Assembly: GCF_036321535.1 (NCBI RefSeq)
Contig: NC_087436.1
Location: 83,826,001-83,890,000, forward strand
From: Camelus dromedarius
Taxonomy: Eukaryota
Direction of reading: 5' to 3'
Length of the DNA: 64,000 nucleotides
Of this stretch, positions 42,328 to 55,560 are shown piece after piece. A model generated the notes under the pieces. The model saw only the letters and a program-made list of their open reading frames with translations. It was not told where the DNA came from and ran no database searches. The translations under genes and the position numbers were made by a program. Position 1 is the stretch's first letter. The number at the start of each line of letters is the position of its first letter.

Positions 42328-42970
42328 TGATGCAGGAAAACAGATGTGGGGCACGAGAAGGGCCATGTCCCAGGCTTCAGTTGAGCCCCTGGGATGTGCC
42401 CAACAAGTGTGGGTCCTTGGCTTCGTGCAGGGAAGAATTCAAGAGCGAGCCACAGTTGAGTAGATTTATTCAGAGAGATATATGGAAAGGCAAGAGAAAG
42501 GCCACGAGGTGTTGGGGTTGGGTGCTCAGATTAAAAGTAGGTACACATTCCATAGACAGAATGTGGGCAGCCTCCGAAGAGAAAGAGAGAGAGAGAGAGA
42601 GAGCACGCGAGAGCGAGAGCGAGCCTCGAGGTGCCTAGTTTTGTTGCTAGTTTTTATGGGCTTGGTGGCTTCATATGCTAATAAGTGGAAGGACCAGGCT
42701 AAGTAGCCTGGGGAAGGGGCTGGGATTCCCAGGAAATTGGCCATTTCCCACTCTTTGACCTTTTGTGGCTAGCCTTGGGACTGCCATGGTGCCTCTGAGT
42801 GTGTTATTTACCACGTTAATACATTACAATGAGAGTACAATGACGCTCAAGATCTACTAGAAGCTAAGTCTCTCATCACCTTGAGCCTCAAGACCTGTTT
42901 CACCATTTTGATGTTAATTGCTGTAGCATTCCTTGAATGGCTGTGCCCTGCCTGCTTTCATCCTGTCTCA
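42328..42970 (-). mobile_element. Solo ERV1-class LTR inserted in an old L1 3' fragment (about 42190-43190)
   Basis: TG...CA termini, near-TSD ctac/ctgc, AATAAA on the minus strand near 42465, internal GA repeat. L1ME-like text resumes on both sides. Confidence 0.7.
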
Positions 42971-44049
42971 CTGCCAATTATACTAAAAAGGGAAAAACAA
43001 ATATCTTTACTTGTATGTACATAAAATATCTCTGCAAGGATAAGTACAAAATTACTATCAGAGGAGTGGACCTGGGTGCCTGGGGGATATGATGGGTAGA
43101 AGATTTTTCATTCTATATCCTTTCGTACTTTTTGAATTTTAAACTATATGGATGTATTACCTATTCAAAAATAATTAAATATTTAAAAGCTGGTGCTCCC
43201 CACCTAGGCAGAACTGAACAGGCCTGCACCCTGGTGCTTTTCTGTCAGTGATGATAGATTTACGCTGATCTGTCTTTCCACACTCTTTCTATCTGCTCTT
43301 TGCTCCGCGGGGAGATCAGCCCGGAATGCAACCAGTTAAAACAAAACCATCATTTCCTTATCCCTCCTGGTTATCTACAGGCTCCAAGCTAGGCGATGTG
43401 ATTATTTCTCAAAGTCAACAGCTGAGAAATGCTTTTTAAAGTGATGTCTGTTGGGCCACAAAATAAAGTTTACTTAAGTTCCTTTTCCCAGACTCTCTGA
43501 CTCCTGTTTATCAGTTGATTTTTTTTCCCCCTTCCTTTCCTATTCCTGGTAGCGCTAGCAGTTGGTCCTCAAGTCATATATCCCTCAAACAATAAATCCA
43601 TGATGACCTGAAGCCAAACTGTAGGAAACTGGGTCAAAACATCGAAGAAAATGATTAAGAAACATTTATTTATTTTGTTTATACTTTGAGAATTGACTAA
43701 ATGTTAAGATATAAAATTTAGAAAATGTATTTTCATTGCCAGTTATCAAATCCACCTCTTCTGTTACTACCAGGCTTAACTGAATTTATCATCTCACAAC
43801 AGTGCGATATCATATTACCTTGTCTCATTTAGCCAATTCTGAAACTGTACCCTCCACTTGCTGCTAATGTTATCTTTCTAAAACAAACATACTCTAAATC
43901 ACTGTTCTGCACAAAATAATTTAATGGTTCTCCATTACCTACAAAATAAGATACCTGCTCCTTAGCACAGTTTAAAAAATATCCTTCACTATCTGATCCA
44001 TTTCTCTTTAAACTGTGGTATCTTCTCTCATCATTTGTCAAACCTTATA

Positions 44050-44210
44050 TGTTACTTAACTTGTTCTTCCAACAAACCTCAAAAAAGGATTACGGTCTTT
44101 GTTTTACAGATGAGAAAACTAGGGCTCAGAGAAATCCAACTCACCAAAGTGGCACATTCAGTAAGTTGGAATTCAAATCCAGGTGAGTCTGATTCTAAAC
44201 TCTACCACCT
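44050..44210 (-). mobile_element. MIR SINE
   Basis: gttttacagatgagaaaactagggctcagaga...ggaattcaaatccaggtgagtctgattctaaa. Confidence 0.7.
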
Positions 44211-46499
44211 CCAAGAGCACAAAGTGGAAGACAGAAGTGACTTCATGATGTATGCACGAGAAATGGAAGACAGCAAGAGGGGTAAATGTGCAAACCAATT
44301 TGGAAATATCATTTCTCCCTAAGACCTTGTCTGGTCCCATCAACCAGAAGCAATGGTCCCAGCTCTCGTCTCCTGTAGCTGTTTGTTCACTGTTTTACCA
44401 GTGACACTTTGCCCCTTTTACCTCATCCTTGGCTCTCCAGGCAGAGGGCACAACTAGTGCAAAGGCATGAGCCTGAGGGGAAGAGGGAAGAGCTAAGCAG
44501 GGCAGCTGGAGCTGAGTGGGAGGGGAGGAGAGTGAAATCAGGCGGAGGGATCTCACAGGGCTTCTGCAGGTCTTTGCCCACGTGTCACCTGCACAATGAG
44601 GTCCCTCCAGGCCAGCCTATTGTTAAGCTGCAAGTCCTCTGACTTCCACTCTCTGTCACTTCTGAAGTCCTACTAAGCTTCCTTATAATTCTACTTCTGG
44701 GAACCGAGCCTCAGGCAGTAAATAAAATGACTCGCAAGTGTTTGTGAACAATGAAGTTCACTGTCGGGTTATATGGTGAAAGCTCTCTAAATAACCTTCA
44801 CCCAGCTCCCGAGCTTTCCCGTCTCAGTGTAGGAGGTACTGGTGAGGCCTGTGACTCCTGGAACCTTAGCAGCTGGTAGACCCCTCTCTGGCAGGCCCAC
44901 CCGGTTCTGCTCCTGTCACTTACAGTCTATGATGACCTGGAACCAGCAGCTCTTCCTTAACTTGCTCAGGCCAGTTGCCCTCATTCTTGGCACCACATCA
45001 TTTAACTACATCACAAAAAAGATGTAACTTGAGTGCAAAAGTGTTTTTGTTTCTTGGAAACTAAGTTGAATGCTTTGGTAAGACTGGACAAAGGTGGGTT
45101 GCTGAAAAAAAAGGAGCTTTTAAATTAGGAATGGGTGAGACAGCTGTAAAAGGGGAAAATAATTGTAAACACTTAACATTCTTTTTTTAATTAGGAATGC
45201 TTTGCTTCACTCTAACAAAACTGAAGTAGAATATTGAGTCCACTAAGAGTTCATACAAGAAAGAAGATACAGAACTAGTGATTCTGTACTCAAAGAAAAC
45301 ATCTACCCTGTATCAAAAAGCTAGTGAATGATGCAAATTCAAATGTTTTACACTGGAAGGAAAATCTTAGGAACATACATATCATTTTCATATTTCCTCA
45401 TTTTCTCTACTTTTTGATCAGTTTTATCAATAAGTTGTGATGCTATAGGCAGCAAGAAATTTATATCTAATATAATATGTAGAGAAAATACATAGGTAGA
45501 AAAAATTTTAGAAGGAAATGCAAAAAAATATTAGTGAATATATGGTAGGATTAAGGGTGATCTTTAAAACTCTACTCTGTTGTACTTTTAAAACCCTGGA
45601 AATGTAGTCTTATTTCAACTGTGTAAAATGTAGCAAAAAATGTAAGGAAGAATAAGAATGGAGAAACATGATTACTGCCAAGCTGAACTCCATAGTCCTG
45701 AGGTTTCCTATTTCATAACCCATGTGAAAAACTTGGGTTCCCCATTGCTAAGAATATTCATGGTATAAAAATGGGAAGGCTGTTTCTCTCTAACGCTGCA
45801 CTTCTAGACCTTGTTCTATCTCAATGCACACTCGGGGTTTTTAGTTATTACACTAGCTCTTTACCAGCTCAGAACATGAGTCCCAAGTATATAATTAGAC
45901 TCCACTAGGCACCTAGGAAGGAATCTGGGGACAAACCTGCCCAGTTGAAGTAGTCTTCTATGTTGCTGCCTTAGAAGGTTTGCAGTCACCCTGACATCGA
46001 GGCATGTGATGGCTATGGTTCCACAACATTAACACGCCTGTGCCAGGAGTTGCTTATCACCACCCGTCACTGGCCATTGACATTCCTTCCTCTCTGGGCT
46101 CCAGTCAGTCTCTGGCTTCCAGTCTAAGCCATTTCGATGCCACGGCTCTTACTTCTTGTTTTAAGAAGTATTACCTCTTCTTTCTGTTTTTTAATGCCTA
46201 TAAGTGCTACATGAATTTGAGTCAGACCTTGAATGACGGGGAAGATTTCAACTGTACAAAGGGGAGGAATTCAGAGGAATCCACAAAAAGAAAGACACAG
46301 ACTTGGGAAAATGTACTAGTTATTCAAAGAAGAGTGGGTTGTCCTGTGAAGTTAAACCTACTGAACTTACATGCAGGGTATCACTAAAAATGCGTATCAG
46401 GTAGTACAGGCCTGCAGGTGCCTGGCTTACCAGATGGGGTGCTATTTGGAAAACAACCAATACTGGTATGTAGTTACACAAAACTGGCTATTGAGATGT

Positions 46500-46900
46500 T
46501 AGATCGGGTGAGGCCAGAAAGCCTTAATGGCTTTGTTAACGAATTTGGTTTTTTTTCCGGTAGGCAATAGGAAGCTACAAGAGTTTTTCCAACAAGCCAG
46601 TGAGACAACTTGTCAATTGGTTTACAAAGGACACAGATTTCAAATTGCACTGACTAGTGGAAAAGGATCCATACGTAGGGAGATCAAGTACAGGGTTACT
46701 GGCACACAAAGGCAGGGAGGAGTCCATCAACGCTGTCAACATAAAGACTACAGAGAGAACAGGGATGTGCAAACCATGGCACAGGTGGCACTGGCAGCAT
46801 TTAATGACCAGTGCCATGTGGAAAGCAAGGCCAGGGAGGGAATTAAGAATGACTCCAAGATTTCGTATCACAGTGATGGGGTGGATGTTGGGAAGGTTGA
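46500..46900 (-). mobile_element. LINE-2 ORF2 remnant
   Basis: Minus-strand translation RNLGVILNS...HMALVIKCCQCHL resembles the L2/CR1 ORF2 motif RNLGVILDS...H...V.K.C. Confidence 0.55.
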
Positions 46901-49304
46901 CAAGATGATTAAAGACCAGGGACCAAGGTTGGACTGGAAGACTTTTCATGGGTGGCTGTGCCAAGGGTGGGTGAATGGCATGAATTGGGGAGCTGTAGCT
47001 ACTCCTCCACTGCCGTCTATGCCCTTCACTCACTCCAAACAAACATTTCATCATTAATTAACATCTCATGTTAATACACAGCCTCCCTTTCCAAATCCAC
47101 AGGTCCTGCAACTCCCTTTTATATAGAAAATCCGGAGCCACTAGTGAGGCACATAAGTGGTGACAGAAGGGATAGCAGGTCTACAACCAGCAGTGTGCGG
47201 GAGCTGCCGCACACAGCTGACCTCCGTACTCGGTAACTCTGCAATCAGCAACAGCACAGAGCTTGCCATGGGGGCCCGTGGTGGGACTACTGACACCACA
47301 GAACCAGCAAACTACAAATCCGGGGGATGCTTTTCTCCCAGAGAGACAGTGGTTAAATATTTATACCTCTTGTGAGAAACAGGCTATGTCAGTAAGAAAA
47401 TCAGTGAAGTCTGATACAAGCTCTTGGATGACTGTAAGGCAGAGCTGAAGGATATGGGTCGGAAGGAGGGAAGGGGTGAAGCATGTTTGAGGTTTGCTTT
47501 ATATACATGCTATCACGGTTCAAGGAAGGTGGGATGGCAAAATTTATTTCCACCTGGAAGGACCCTCTACACCTTTCTAAGTTAGTAATTGGTTCCTTGA
47601 AGGGAACATTTCTTCTGATTTTTAAGACAATATTTAATACTCTGGTACAAATGATACTTGTCAGAGATGACCACCATAGGTGGTTCCTACTTCTCACCCT
47701 TCCTGCTGGGTTTCCTCTACAAATTTAGTTAAGTATTCTACTGAGCAATAATGATTTTTTTTCCAGTAGACTAGCATGCTTCATGTGTGAAGCAGTTATT
47801 AAAAAGAGGGCAATTCACTAATAGTGTATCACTAAACATCTCTTTCAGGGCACGTTTCTGGAAGTAGGTCTGTATTAAAAAGTCTACCCCATCCCTCCAC
47901 AACCCTATCTGCCTGGTCTTGCTCTTCCTTCCCCCAAAAGGCTAGTGCACTTTGTATCCACTCTTCTTATAGTGAATCATTTCTAAGGCTTAATCTCTCA
48001 ACTAGGAAATTTATCACAGAAATTGTTAACCACAGCAGGCACGATACAAGAGGTGATTGTATCTAAATGAAATTTTGGTTGGATTATGGTCAAGATACCC
48101 ATTACTTAGAACCATATTCTCCCATACAGGACAAAACACAGTTCTTCAAGCCTACTCAAGTGTTGAAAAAAACAAACAAACAAACTACAGATTGAACAAC
48201 AGCAATTCCCGTTTCATTTTCAAGAAAATGATTAGACACTACCAAAGAATCCAATCTCTTATTATGTGGTCTGACACATAATTAGTGCTCAAAAATGTCT
48301 GTGGAGAGACAGGAATATTTTTGTGTAGCAGTAGGGTTCTCATTGCACTAAGCTTTAAGTCAAGTATTTGAGGAACCAAGACAATACATGTCCTTTTCAC
48401 TTAAAATCTTGTTTTAGAACTGTCAGCTTAATTTAACCAATTGACAGCATGGAAATCTTGAGTATTTATTTATTCTTAGTCAGCTTGGGTATCTCTCATT
48501 CTCATTTGGGGAGAAATATTACCTGAAACCTGTTGATTAATTACTATTTCAAAGTTACCAAAGCAGAAGACATAGTGACACAAAAAAGTATAAAGGAAGT
48601 GAGGAAAGAGATGTGGTAAATTTATTTACCATAAAAAGGACAAAAGGAGTGGGAGAAACAGGGATACAGGGCTTCCCTTTATCTGATGGCCTTAGTACAG
48701 CTCCTCAGGGATGAAGAAGGTGGCTTCGCATTGCTAACCTCTGGGGTCAATATAAAATCTGGTGAGTAAGTCAGCCTCCCTGTAATTTGCTTTGACGCTA
48801 AGTAAACAAAGATCAGTTCATTATAATCAAATTAACTTATCAAAGTTGCCAGACAAATGTAGACCTCACTGTTTGGAAATACAAATGGTTCATCTATTTC
48901 TTAATCTTCCAAACATATTTTTTCTTATGTGTGTTGTACCACGTTTGGCATTTTTACTTTTTCATTTGCTATGACACCTGTTCTATAAATCTCATGCATC
49001 AAGATACACCTTGGAGAAACAATAATTAATCACATATACTGCTAAGGGCCGAGCGAATGACAGAAAACAAGATGCAGAAGCTGGACTGTGATGCAGCAGA
49101 GAAGGAGACGAATGCATTGTAAAAGTGGTGATTGAGGGAGAAGGCAAACATTCCCAGTGCTCAAGGAGAGGTGCAGTGCTGAGCCTGGGAATCAGGAGGC
49201 TGTGACAACACAAACACAGTCTGTCAGGCTAAGGAAAGTTGAGTATTGTTCTGAAGAATGTACATGCTGCCATAGAAGTTAACGATGTGCTATGATGTGG
49301 AAAC

Positions 49305-49500
49305 ATATTTTATTGAGCACCTACTATGCTCTAGTGTTCTTACGTCCTAAAGACTGCCGAAACATCACCTCATTTCAAACCTGCAATAACCCTATGAGGT
49401 AGTGCTCATTTAACTCACATTTTAGGGCTGATGAAACTGAAGCTCAGCAAATTTAATGAACTCACCCAACGTCAATAAATAGCTAATAAGCAATACTGCT
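49305..49500 (-). mobile_element. MIR SINE
   Basis: tttattgagcacctactatg...aataaccctatgaggtag...gatgaaactgaagctcag. Confidence 0.75.
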
Positions 49501-52006
49501 GACTTACAGAGCTCAATTTTTTTTTTCAGCTCATCAAAGTGCTAGAAATAGGAATGAGGCACACTGGGTAGCAATGGCAGCATCAAAGACCAGTCGGCAG
49601 TACACGGGATATGTGGGGTATGCTGCAGGGAGTGCAGGAGACAGGATGGACAGGTGCTGAAAAGAGCAGTCTGGAGAGGCAGTGAGAAGGGAAGTGAAAA
49701 GAGGAAGACTTGGATGCAATACACCTTTTGAAGGAAGAATTTCCAGGACTTGAACTCTAACTGCTTAGAGAGGATGATGGAGAAAACAAGGACCTAGAGA
49801 CTGGGTCTGCATGTTGGTGAGAAGGCTGTAAAAATTAGGTTTTTAACATGAGACTGCAGGAAGCAGGTGGAAAGGGGAAGGCAGTGAAGTCACAAAATGG
49901 CAACAGCTGGTGTTGGCATATTGAGACGGGTCATGCTTTACCACACTGCACATACCTCTGCCAATCATATAAGGAACCTCCTCTCAGAGTGTTACGGTCA
50001 GTCCTACCACTACGGTAGTCGCGATTGTCACAGCACTTACTACTTTAAGAGTTAGAAAAATAAAATTTTCTTTTCACGTTTTCAATTAGTCTTCGGGCGT
50101 TCAACTCAAACTTCCATTTCCCCTGATTTTGTCTGGTACTTTACCGATGGCATGTTTCTAATTGTTTTAAAACAATTGTGGTAAATGGGTTTTTTGCTTC
50201 AGTGGGAAAATTAAGATATCACTGAATTTCTCTGTCAATGTATTAGCTATACCAGTGGATTTCAAGCTGTTTTGACCCAATCCAGTGTAAAAAAATAATT
50301 ACCTCACAACCCAGTAGGCACATTTGTATTCAACTGTTTATCTAGTCCACTAACATAAAATGGTAGTAAAAACAATACTTTTGATATTTCTATTTAATTC
50401 CATTCCACTTAAAAATGCTGACTAAAACCTACCAAGTTGGTATCTATAGTGATCCAAAGATTGACAGAGAGCTTAACTTGGAATTCCAAATAAGAGGTAG
50501 CCACGTGTTCCACTTGGGCCTCTGGTGTCCAACACAGAATCCAACACGTAGAGCTTTAGAAATGTTGAAAATAAGACAGAGGGAGGGAATCACATCTTTT
50601 TGGTGGATCATTTATTTTTCTTAATGAGAAAGATTTGGTAAATTCACTACATGTCTCTGCAAGTTTAGTAAATTTGTTCCCAAGTCCCAGATAGTCCCGG
50701 TTATAGCATTAATCCAATAGCCATGACAAACTGGGCTTTAAATCTCCTGAAGATCATGAGGACAGGCATGGGAGCTGTAGATGTGGCCAGAGGAGCTTCA
50801 GCCTCTCTGACAAGCACCGTGTCCTGGTGGCTTCTACATTTTCCAGTAAGGGGCCAGGCAAATTGTGTGCGTGTGTGTGTGCTCACACGTGCATGTGTAG
50901 TGTACACGTGGGGGTGGCGGGGAGGAAAGCAACTAACCTAAGAGTAAAGCAGTGCCTTTGTCTGAGAAGAGAGCGCACATAGCAGGCAGGTCTGGCCCTG
51001 CAATTTGAGGATCAGAACAAAAGCTGCATACCTACTTTTCAATTTTTACCAGTGATGCCTACCTTTTACTATTCAAGATCTTCTCACCCATAATAAAGTA
51101 ATAGCATCCTCCCTGCCCAGAGCCAGCATCCACTCAGTGCTGTATGGGGTTAGTATTTTCTTTGACCTTAGGTTGTATTTGAGTACCTTGGAATCAACAG
51201 AAAAAAAAGGAATTCAGAGATAAAAGACAAAAGGGTAGCTCTCCTCCCTTCTTCGGAACAGATTCGGATTTGCGGACAGTTGGATAAGATCCGCTCTGGC
51301 AGCTCTGTTGCCTGGGCTGACATGGGGATAATTGTGTCCACTCCTGAAGGAGGAGGCAAATGCAGCCCTCCTTCCTCCTCACTCATTTCCTGCCAGCCCT
51401 GCAAAGAGCTGCAGAAAAAAATGATTGTGCAACCCCTTCCTCGGCTGTTATTTATTTCTTCCTTAATGAAACAGACCTTTGTTTGCCTCCTTGTCCACGT
51501 CACCAGTAGTGACGGACTGTAATGTCGTCACCGTAATGCAATCTGGGATCCTAATCACTGGTTAATATTTGCCAACACATTTCATAAAGAAAAAAAGAAA
51601 AACAAACCCCCGATCTGCCTAACTGATCTTAACAGTGGGTCAGCTTCATGTGGCGCTCTCAGTTCCATAACAAGTAATGTCTACAAGTAACCTAGGCCAG
51701 GCAGACTTAATTTCAAGGGAAGGATCTGTGAGCCTTACCTGTCTTAAGAGACCTCAAATTCCAGGAAATTCTGACTTAAATTAGTAGAACAGGGATAAAC
51801 AGGATGACCTGTCTCAAGCTATCTTGTCCATCTGCCATATAACAAGTAATAGAGTTTTTTTGGGATACTAACAATGAATTACCAACATTCTTTCATATAT
51901 ATTTAGTGATCATCTACTATGCACCAGGCATAATCATGTGTAATTGTATTTTATGTAATTTTTACTACCCTTATTTATTCTACCAACTGTGTATACACTG
52001 ATCTTT

Positions 52007-52341
52007 TAAAAAATCAATTGATTTTATTGCCATATAGTTGACTTACAATATTGTATTAGTTTCAGGAATACAACAGTGATTTGATCATTTTTATAGCTTA
52101 CACACCATACAAAGTTATTGCAATATTATTGGCTACATTCTCTGTGCTGTACATTACATTGCTATGACTTATTTATTTTAGAACTGGTAGTTTGAACCTC
52201 TTAATTCTCTTCACCTATTCCACCCATCCCCTGACCGCCTCTCCCCTAAGAGGGCAGCCACCACTTTGTTCTCTGTATTTGTCTGTTTCTTTTTGTTACA
52301 TTTGTTTTGTCTTTTAGATTCCACATATAAGTGCAAATATG
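52007..52341 (-). mobile_element. 5'-truncated L1 3' end with TSD
   Basis: atatagttgacttacaatattgtattagtttcagg...ttttagattccacatataagtg; TSD cactgatcttt at 51996-52006 and 52342-52352. Confidence 0.8.
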
Positions 52342-52899
52342 CACTGATCTTTAGGTCCCTTTCAGAATATTTAACTAAATTATTACAGTTTTACTAATGA
52401 CATTCTAAGTCAATTTTTAATACAATCTTTCTTAATTATAGATCCCTTTCATTAATTACTATTGCACTAGTCATTTATTATTGCCTAGAATTTGGCTTTC
52501 CCTTTCCTTACTATTTACACATGTAGAGAGACTAGTTGAAAAAGATACCATCAGTATTTTGTTTCTTTAAAAAAAAATTATACAATAGAAATAGATATAT
52601 TGATATAGTATCCTTTCTATAAGAACATATAAAAATGGAATGAGGGCCATGGTGGCCCATGAGAAGAAGGGAAGAAGTGGTGTAGAAAGATAAAGAGAAG
52701 TTAATTAATTACTTAATTAACTAAACAAGATGGGGTCCTTTACAGGCTAATGCTCATCAACTGAGTTGAGAAATACGATTAACTCAAACATCAACAATAC
52801 AATATACAATATTCTAAGTTTTAGAATACAAAAAATTTAAAGAAGCTTTAAAAAATTCCTAATCTCACTCCAGAAGCACTATTAATCTTTATTCTAAAT

Positions 52900-55560
52900 T
52901 AAGCCTTTATTTTTAAGAGCAGTTTAACATTTACAGCAAAAGTGATAGGAAGATATACAGATTTTTCATATCTCCCTGTCCCCAGACATGCACAGCCTCC
53001 CCCACTACCCACATCCCCCACCAGAATGGTACATTTGTTATAACAGATGAACCTACAGGAACACATCATTATCACCCAATGTCCATAGTTTACATTAGGG
53101 TTCATTCTTGGTGCTGTACATTCTATGGGTTTGGATAAACGTATAATGACAATGTATCCATCATTAGGTACCATTCAGAGTATTTTGTGTCCTATTTCAC
53201 TCTGTGCTCCACCTAATCATTCCTTCTCTCCCTGCCCTTTTAACCCCTGGAAAACACTGATCTTTTTACTGTCTCCATAGTTCTATTTCCCAGAAAGTCA
53301 TATGATTGGAATTATACAGTATGTAGCCTTTTCAGACTGGCTTATTTTATTTAGTAATATTCATTTAAGGTTCTTCCATGTCATTTCATTTCTTCTTAGC
53401 TCTAAATAATATTCCATTGTCTGGATATACCATAGCTTAGCTATACAATTATCTACTGAAAGACATCTTGGTTGCTTCCAGGTTTTGGTAATTATGAATA
53501 AAGCTGCTATAAACATGCATGTACAGGTTTTTGTATGAATATAAGTTTTCAGTTTATTTGGGTAAATACCAAGGAGTGCAACTGCTGGATTATACATTAA
53601 GATTATGTTTAGTTTCTTAAGAAATTGCCAAACTATCTTCCAAAGTATTTGTACTATTTTGCATTCCCACCAGCAATGAATGAGCGTTTCTGTTGCTCCA
53701 CATCCTCATTAGCATTTGGTGTTATTATTTTGGATTTTGGTCATTCTAACTGGTGTGTTGTGGTATCTTGTTGTTGTTTTTAATTTGCATTTTTCTGACA
53801 ACATATGATGTGGAGCATCTTCTCATATGCTTATCTGCCATCTGTATATCTTCTTTGGTGAAGTGTCTGTTAAGATTTTTGGCCATTTTTAAAAATTTTA
53901 TTTATTTTTTTAATTGAAGTATAGTCGATTTACAATGCTGTGTTAGTTTCTGGTGTACAGCATACTGACTCAGTTATAAACATATATATATTCTTTTTCA
54001 TATTCTTTTCCATTATAGGTCATTACAAGGTATTGAATATAGTTTCCTGTGCTATACAGTCAAACCTTGTTGTTTATCTATTTTATATATAGTAGTTAGT
54101 ATCTAAAATTCCAGACTCCCAATTTATACGTCCCCACTCCCCTTCCCCTTTGGTAACCAAAAGTTTGCTTTTTATGTCTGTGAGTCTCTTTCTGTTTTAT
54201 AAATATATTCATTTGTATCATATTTTAGATCCACATGTAAGTGATACTATATGATATTTGTCTTTCTCTTTCTGATTTAACTTTAGTTAGTAGGTCCATC
54301 CATGTTACTGCAAATGGCATTATTTCATTCTTTTTTATGGCTCAGTAGTATTCCATTGTGTGTATATATTCTACATCTTCTTTATCCATTCATCTGTCAA
54401 TGGACATTTAGGTTGCTTCCATACCTTGGCTATCGTAAATAAGTCTATGCTATGAACACCAGGGTGCATGTATCTTTATGAATCAGAGTTTTCTCCAGGT
54501 ATATGCCCAGGAGTGGGATTGCTGGATCATATAGTAACTTTATTTTTAGTTTTTTTAGGAACCTCTATAATGTTCTCCATTGTGGCTGTACCAATTTGCA
54601 CTCCCATCAACAGTGTAGGAGAGTTTCCTTTTGGCCATTTTTTAATCAGGTTGTTTTCTTGCTGAGTTTTAAGAGTTTTTTTATGTTTTGAATAACTCCT
54701 TTTTTAGGTGTGTCTTTTGAAAATATTTTCTCCCATATTGTAGTTGGTCTTCTTATTCTCTTGATGTTGTTTTTCATAGAGCAGAAGTTTTTTATTTTGA
54801 TGAAATCCAGCTTATCAATTCTTTCTTTCATGGATTATGCCTTTGGGGTTGTATCTAAAGGTCATCTTGGTTTTCTTCTATGTGATCTTCTAGGAGTTTC
54901 ATAGTTTTGCATTTTACATTTAGGTCTATGATCCATCTTGAATTAATTTTTGTGAAGGGTGTAAGCTCTGTGTCTAGATTCATATTTTTGCATGTGTATG
55001 TCTAGTTGTTCCAGCACCATTTGTTGAAAAAGACTATCTTTGCTCCATTGCATTGCCTTTGCTCTTTTGTTGATGATCACTTGACTATATTTATGTGGGC
55101 CTATTTCTGGACTCTGATGACACATCAATGTTCCATTGATCTATTTGTCTATTCTTCACCAATACCAGACTGTCTTGACTACTATAACTTTATGGTAAGC
55201 TTTGAAGTTTGGTAGCATCAGTCCTTCAGCTTTGTTCTCCTTTAATATTATGTTGGCTATTCTAGGACTTTTGCCTGTCCAAATAAACTATAGAATCAGT
55301 TTGTCAAGATCACAAATAAACTTGCTGGGATTTTAATTGGTATTGCATTAAATTTATAGATGAAGTTGGGAAGAACTGATATTTTGCTATTACTGAGGAT
55401 TACTGAATCTTCCTATCCATGAACATGGAGTATCTCTTCATTTATTTAGTTCTTTGATTTCATTTACCAGAGTCTTGTAGATTTCCTCACAGAACTTGTA
55501 TGTATTTTGTTAGATAGATTTATACCTAAATATTTCACTTGGGGGATGTTAACATAAATG
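52900..55560 (-). mobile_element. Old L1 (L1MC-like) 3' 2 kb, interrupted by a younger L1
   Basis: Minus-strand ORF2 remnants (YNPAVALLGIYP...MFIAALFIITKTWKQPRC; KIKNFCS...WEKIF) and an L1MC-type 3' terminus. Confidence 0.85.
53891..54628 (-). mobile_element. Younger 5'-truncated L1 nested in the old L1, 14-bp TSD
   Basis: TSD ttttggccattttt at 53877-53890 and 54629-54642; terminus taattgaagtatagtcgatttacaat. Confidence 0.85.

Noticed and set aside
45010..45420. Possible Tigger-like DNA transposon relic
   Set aside because: Resemblance too faint to support a call or boundaries by eye.
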